From Candidatus Bathyarchaeota archaeon (GTDB taxonomy: Archaea; Thermoproteota; Bathyarchaeia; 40CM-2-53-6; RBG-13-38-9): DNA of 64,000 nucleotides. The translations under genes and the position numbers were made by a program. Location of the stretch: positions 640,001 to 704,000 of the forward strand of contig CAWECG010000003.1 of the NCBI GenBank assembly GCA_963807605.1. The letters run 5' to 3'. This document shows, piece by piece, positions 59,791-64,000 of this stretch (position 1 is its first letter; each line of letters begins with the position of its first letter). The notes under the pieces are model-generated. The model saw only the letters and a list, made by a program, of their open reading frames with translations. It did not search any database and was not told where the DNA came from.

Positions 59791-60966
59791 CTATGAGGTC
59801 TTGAACGTAATAGTTCTATACGGGCCTTTCTTATCTTTGTAAGCTAGGGCTATTACGTCACTATCTTGTAGTCTCTCCGCTCGGCCAGTTGGAAGTTGGA
59901 GCCAAGACCCTCTTCGACCTACTGCAGTGTTGTTCAAGCTATGCAGATCCTCAACCCAGTAGTCTCCCTGGGTGTCAACAAACACCTTGGCGTGGTGCCT
60001 GCTGATGCATGCTCCTGGTGGGGGGTCGTCTATGCTGACATCGAGAGGTTGATGGAAGCCTTTACTCGTGCATTCCTTTGTGCATGTGTGCGTCCGTCCT
60101 AGTGTGAGGCTACCTTTGATTTTGTACTTCATGCTTCCGACGATTATGTGGGGGACGCCGACTGATACCGACCTGCCCTTGGTTAGCATGTTTATCATGT
60201 CACCAGCCGTCTGGTAACGCGAAGCAACGTCCGGCTGCATAGCAGTTGCGACAATATCAGAAATCTCACGGCTCACGGATGGGTTAAGGTCACAAGGAAG
60301 TTTCAAAAGCGCACCGGTACTTTTCATATGGAATCGTGGCTCCTCGCCTGTCAATAGAAAGAATAACAATGCTCCCGTTGCGTAGACGTCGCAAGCAGGT
60401 GTTAAAACCCCCGTGGTAAACTGTTCTGGGGCGCCCCAACCTGGCGTAACGAGGCCACTGTCGGACATCATGTAGGATTTCTTGCAGCCGCCTAAATCAA
60501 TTAGAACAAGATCTCTCCTTGGCTCCACAATGATGTTTGCAGGTTTTATGTCGCGGTGGAGAATGTTTAATGGAGGATTATGCAAGTATCGTAAAACGTC
60601 CAAGAGAATGATGCTTAAGTGCTTTGCCACTTTCTCCGGAGCCGGGTTGCCCGCGAACCGTTTCATTGTGTCTCCGGGAACGTATTCTTCTACAAGATAA
60701 AATGTTGAGCCCGAATCTTTTTCGTCGACATGTCTTACTATGTTGCGGTGCCTTATCGTACGAAGCAGTTGCGCCTCAAACTTAAGCTTCTGTAGCCGAA
60801 TGTCATCGCATCCATCGCCTGCCACTTTAGTCTCCTTGACAACAACATCTTCACCGGTGTCCGAAGTAGCTAACCATATGAATCCCATGCCTCCGTCGGC
60901 TAGCTTCTTCTTGACTTTATACGTTCCGGAATTGCCAGCGACTTGGGAGCCTGCACTCAGAACCAT
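59791..60966 (-). CDS. Hanks-type Ser/Thr kinase with C-terminal FHA (paralog)
   Basis: GGMG.IW, VVK, HRDIKPAN, DLG, TPGWGAPE; FHA LGR...SRHHA...DL.SLN; ATG 60966. Confidence 0.93.
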   Translation of the reverse strand: MVLSAGSQVAGNSGTYKVKKKLADGGMGFIWLATSDTGEDVVVKETKVAGDGCDDIRLQKLKFEAQLLRTIRHRNIVRHVDEKDSGSTFYLVEEYVPGDTMKRFAGNPAPEKVAKHLSIILLDVLRYLHNPPLNILHRDIKPANIIVEPRRDLVLIDLGGCKKSYMMSDSGLVTPGWGAPEQFTTGVLTPACDVYATGALLFFLLTGEEPRFHMKSTGALLKLPCDLNPSVSREISDIVATAMQPDVASRYQTAGDMINMLTKGRSVSVGVPHIIVGSMKYKIKGSLTLGRTHTCTKECTSKGFHQPLDVSIDDPPPGACISRHHAKVFVDTQGDYWVEDLHSLNNTAVGRRGSWLQLPTGRAERLQDSDVIALAYKDKKGPYRTITFKTS

Positions 60967-61114
60967 GGCAGAACTATATGAATACCTCAAATTCCAGAAT
61001 ATACTATTTTCGATTCGACATGTCAGTTTTGCTAAATCATTGACGCGATATTCTGGAGCGCGTGTTACCTTTGATTTGCCGTCTCCGAAATCTCAATTTA
61101 AGGTGGCGCACGCG

Positions 61115-61714
61115 TTAAGAGATTCGTGTGCTTTTCTGGAAGGTTATTAATGAATCGTCTTTGTAAGAAATCGTTCCAGCATGAACAAACCTTGCCTGCT
61201 CTACCTCTTGGACGACTTCCGTCTTGTTGATGATTGGGGGACCGACCCTTCCAGAGAATACGCTCCTACCGGTCTTCTCAACAATGATCAGTCTACCCGG
61301 TGGCTTCATGATCCTAAAGAACTCAGTAAGAACTCTTATCCTGTCTTCCACTTCATGAAAAACATGTACTAGAAGGATAATGTTAACGCTCTCATCCTCA
61401 AGCTCAATCTCTGTTCCGTCAGTCCTCAGGAGCTCTACGGTCACACCACTTCTCTTAGCGTAAGGGGTGACCTTATCAAGCATCTTTGAAGAGATGTCTA
61501 TCCCGATTGTTCTATCTGCAACTTTAGCTATGGGGATCGTGAAGAAACCAGTGCCGCAGCCGAAATCTATGACAACGTCAGTCGGCTTTATCTTCAGCTT
61601 TTGGATAAGCGGCTCAGGAGGATAAAGAAGCCTTCTAATCGGGTTGCTTAGTATAAAGGCCATTCTCTCTGGGAAGCGCCTGTGTATATTAAAGGCGTGA
61701 GCCGATTTGACCAC
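61115..61714 (-). CDS. Class I SAM-dependent methyltransferase
   Basis: DFGCGTG, GIDIS, VFHEV, RIMKP.G; start GTG 61714 or ATG 61663 (longer ORF runs into IS). Confidence 0.9.
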   Translation of the reverse strand: MVKSAHAFNIHRRFPERMAFILSNPIRRLLYPPEPLIQKLKIKPTDVVIDFGCGTGFFTIPIAKVADRTIGIDISSKMLDKVTPYAKRSGVTVELLRTDGTEIELEDESVNIILLVHVFHEVEDRIRVLTEFFRIMKPPGRLIIVEKTGRSVFSGRVGPPIINKTEVVQEVEQARFVHAGTISYKDDSLITFQKSTRIS

Positions 61715-61725
61715 TACTAGCGCGC

Positions 61726-62829
61726 GGGCTTGTCCCGATATTCTTTGAGTTGACACGGAAAGATCCATATGGTTTGAGCCCCACACCCTCCTACTTGGAG
61801 GCGATTCCAGATAGAAGGGTACGAGACTCTGGAGTCACTGCTGAGTAATCTGGATTTATCGTTTGTTGAACGCCTCATTGTTAGCTGCTATCATCAAGAC
61901 GGTCCAGGTAAACCTCCACGAAACCCCTTAGGACTCTTCAAGGCACACCTCGCCAGACGCTACCTGAGAATGAGCAGTCTGCGTGATTCTGAACGCCACT
62001 TATGTCATGATGAGAGGCTACGTGACATATGCGGCATAAGATATGAGGAGCCAGCGTACGGTAGGACGGTACTCTCAAGATTCAACCAGCGGCTAGGCGC
62101 AAGAAGACTAAGACGCATAGTAAACAAACAGGTCAAGAAGTTGCTGAAGAAACACATAGCAAAACCCAGGATAGTCGCTATGGACGCTACCTTCATCAAA
62201 GCCTACAGCAGACGCAACATAAACAATAGAACAGGCTTCAGCGACCCTGAAGCCCGTGTAGGAAGAGCCTACCGCACATACAGCCTAGGTTACAAACTAC
62301 ACCTCACAGTCGATGCAGACACAGGGACACCCCTAGCCTTCCTCATCTCACCAGCAAACACTAACGAGAAGAAACTCAGCATACCACTCCTCAAAATGAC
62401 AGTTAAAACCACAGCAATCAGAATCCGACAGCTAACCGCTGACAGTCAATACTCCAGCAACAGACTCAGAGAGACCGCTAAAAGACACAAAATCAAGACC
62501 GCGATACCCTACCCAGCCAACCAGAACCCTGAAAGACAAAACATCCTCAGAGTAACCAGCGACTTCAAAACACACGGCCCAGAAAACCTCAAACGCATCT
62601 ACAAGAAACGCTCAACCATAGAGCTCGTCTTCGCATCACTCAAAGAACACCTCACCCTCAACAATCACAAAACAAGAGGCTTAGAAAACATCACCATCCA
62701 CACCAGCTACTGCATACTATGCCTACTCTACACCATAGAAGCCTCACACAACACCAAACAACCCACCAAAACCAGAAGCATAACACACTGGACAAACCTA
62801 ACATGAAAACGCTAATATCGGGACAACCC
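61726..62829 (+). mobile_element. Insertion sequence (IS5/IS1182-like DDE), about 1.1 kb, 7-bp target duplication AGCGCGC
   Basis: TIRs GGGCTTGTCCCGATATT (61726-61742) and AATATCGGGACAACCC (62814-62829); AGCGCGC at 61719-61725 and 62830-62836. Confidence 0.9.
61769..62806 (+). pseudogene. DDE transposase with in-frame TGA at codon 3
   Basis: ATG GTT TGA GCC...; frame then open through G.GKPPRNP..LFKA (DUF772-like), MDATFI, ADSQY, RSTIELVFASLK. Confidence 0.8.
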
Positions 62830-62888
62830 AGCGCGCTATAGCTTATTCTGTCGATGAGAGGTTAGGGGTGTTGCTTGAAGTTCATTTC

Positions 62889-63038
62889 TTAGATCTTCGT
62901 TATTTCGAGTTCAGCGAATACGCGTATACTCTTGTGTTTTTCTTCGAATTCTCTTAATAATTCGATTATTCTCTTTTCGAGTCGGGCTTGATCAGGGTCT
63001 GGTATAAATGTAACTTTTGATAAAGTGACATCCGGCAT
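62889..63038 (-). CDS. 49-aa hypothetical protein, not in ORF track
   Basis: MPDVTLSKVTFIPDPDQARLEKRIIELLREFEEKHKSIRVFAELEITKI*. Confidence 0.5.
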   Translation of the reverse strand: MPDVTLSKVTFIPDPDQARLEKRIIELLREFEEKHKSIRVFAELEITKI

Positions 63039-63179
63039 AACTGTGCACGTTCTGTATCGTGTGGCGTCTTGAGTTTTAAGCTTTCCTGGAATGCACGCTG
63101 ATTACAAAAAGACGAACAAGAGGGTGACACTCATTTCAGAGTTTAGTGCAGTCCGACCGGGATACGCGAGCGGGTTTCA

Positions 63180-63563
63180 TCAGCCGTTTTCTATCGGAAG
63201 CACGGCATCGACCAGGAGCAGTTTCGAAAGGGAGAACCAGTCTTCGACGACTGCTTTGGAGGCTTTGCCGTAGTATTTTTCATAAAGTGCGAGTTTGGCG
63301 GTCCATGCCTCGTCCTCGAGTGCATCTAGGTATCGTGCTTTCCCCATGAAGCGTTCTCCGCCGATCTCAAAGACGATCCGAGCGTTCTTCTTGATATTTC
63401 TCATCCAATCGGTCTCTTCACCCTCATGGCTAAGGTAGACCTTATCGTCATTGATGGCAAACCAAAGCTTTACCATGTGAGGCTTTCCAGTTTTTCGTCC
63501 CGTGCTTCTAAGATGAATGAATTTCGCGGATCCCAACTCTGCCAATGCACTCGGGTTTGTCAT
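63180..63563 (-). CDS. Deazaflavin(F420)-dependent nitroreductase (DDN)-like split-barrel protein
   Basis: L.STGRKTGKPH...LWF, DW.RNI..N, KY. Confidence 0.85.
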   Translation of the reverse strand: MTNPSALAELGSAKFIHLRSTGRKTGKPHMVKLWFAINDDKVYLSHEGEETDWMRNIKKNARIVFEIGGERFMGKARYLDALEDEAWTAKLALYEKYYGKASKAVVEDWFSLSKLLLVDAVLPIENG

Positions 63564-63647
63564 AAGGCTTCTCTCACAACTAGCTCGCGCGCGCTAGGCT
63601 TAATCGTTGGTTGAACCGCGCGTGTGTGCCGATTAGGTTCCTTGGGG

Positions 63648-64000
63648 CTATGTTTCTTTCCTATCTTTGGAGTAGGCTAGATAGGAATAGTAAGGTGCGT
63701 TGATATTCATTTTCCAGAACTCGGCGAAGATCTCTCCGTAGTGATGGATTACTTCGATTGGTATGTGATAGAGCACATCGCCGAGGGGGCACATAACCTC
63801 TTTACCATCTGGTTGAACTCGCTTAACCCCCCTTTTGAGGTCATTCGTGGTTATGGCGTTGAATAGCTTGGCAGTCTTGGCGTCCACTTCGCTCATGTAT
63901 CTCTTGATCTCTTGCAGGTTTCTGAAGTCTTCCGGCTTCTGGGTGCCTTCACCCAATCCAGCTGCTCTGTGGTGTAGCCAGTTGTCTTCAACAATCACGG
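63648..64000 (-). CDS. DinB-family protein, C-terminal part (5' outside window)
   Basis: EDNWL, DVLYH...E.IHH.GEI.A.FW. Confidence 0.8.
   Translation of the reverse strand, partial: VIVEDNWLHHRAAGLGEGTQKPEDFRNLQEIKRYMSEVDAKTAKLFNAITTNDLKRGVKRVQPDGKEVMCPLGDVLYHIPIEVIHHYGEIFAEFWKMNINAPYYSYLAYSKDRKET

Noticed and set aside
61715-61786. N-terminal extension of the methyltransferase in the ORF track
   Set aside because: Derived from IS left-end sequence, not part of the gene
6552-63596. Classical integron with attC sites
   Set aside because: No tyrosine integrase, no GTTRRRY/RYYYAAC boxes or long attC hairpins, and mixed gene orientation
586-63614. Numerous antisense or overlapping ORFs in the track (e.g. 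586-903, 3015-3452, 7571-8080, 16741-17013, 39014-39430, 60740-61150)
   Set aside because: Shadows of well-supported genes on the other strand or frame, with no motifs or RBS

Overview
This is a 64-kb archaeal chromosomal segment of TACK type, most likely Bathyarchaeia (inferred from gene content, GGAGGTGA ribosome-binding sites, an intron-bearing tRNA, a stand-alone 5S rRNA and a PEF-CTERM protein). Two short housekeeping blocks are present: 1-4.2 kb (CBS protein, YchF-like GTPase, map, DUF1512, 5S rRNA) and 18.6-23.3 kb (tRNA-Arg, dcd, HTH-PRTase, mtnA, endA subunit, hisS). They are embedded in long mosaics of unrelated accessory genes: a Mo/W uptake locus with a TupA-ModA fusion, redox genes, sugar-acid catabolism genes, a vWA/FHA/Ser-Thr kinase/PP2C signalling cluster and one IS. 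The most striking unexplained structure is a short palindrome, TAGCGCGCGCTA and decayed variants, present roughly 35-40 times. It sits mostly at junctions between accessory genes, often overlaps their stop codons, and was not seen in the housekeeping blocks. The single IS in the window is inserted exactly into one copy and duplicates AGCGCGC, suggesting a palindrome-targeted gene accretion system. A second unusual locus is a cluster of small Tyr/Pro/Gln/Met-rich, charge-poor (prion-like) protein genes next to tRNA-Arg.
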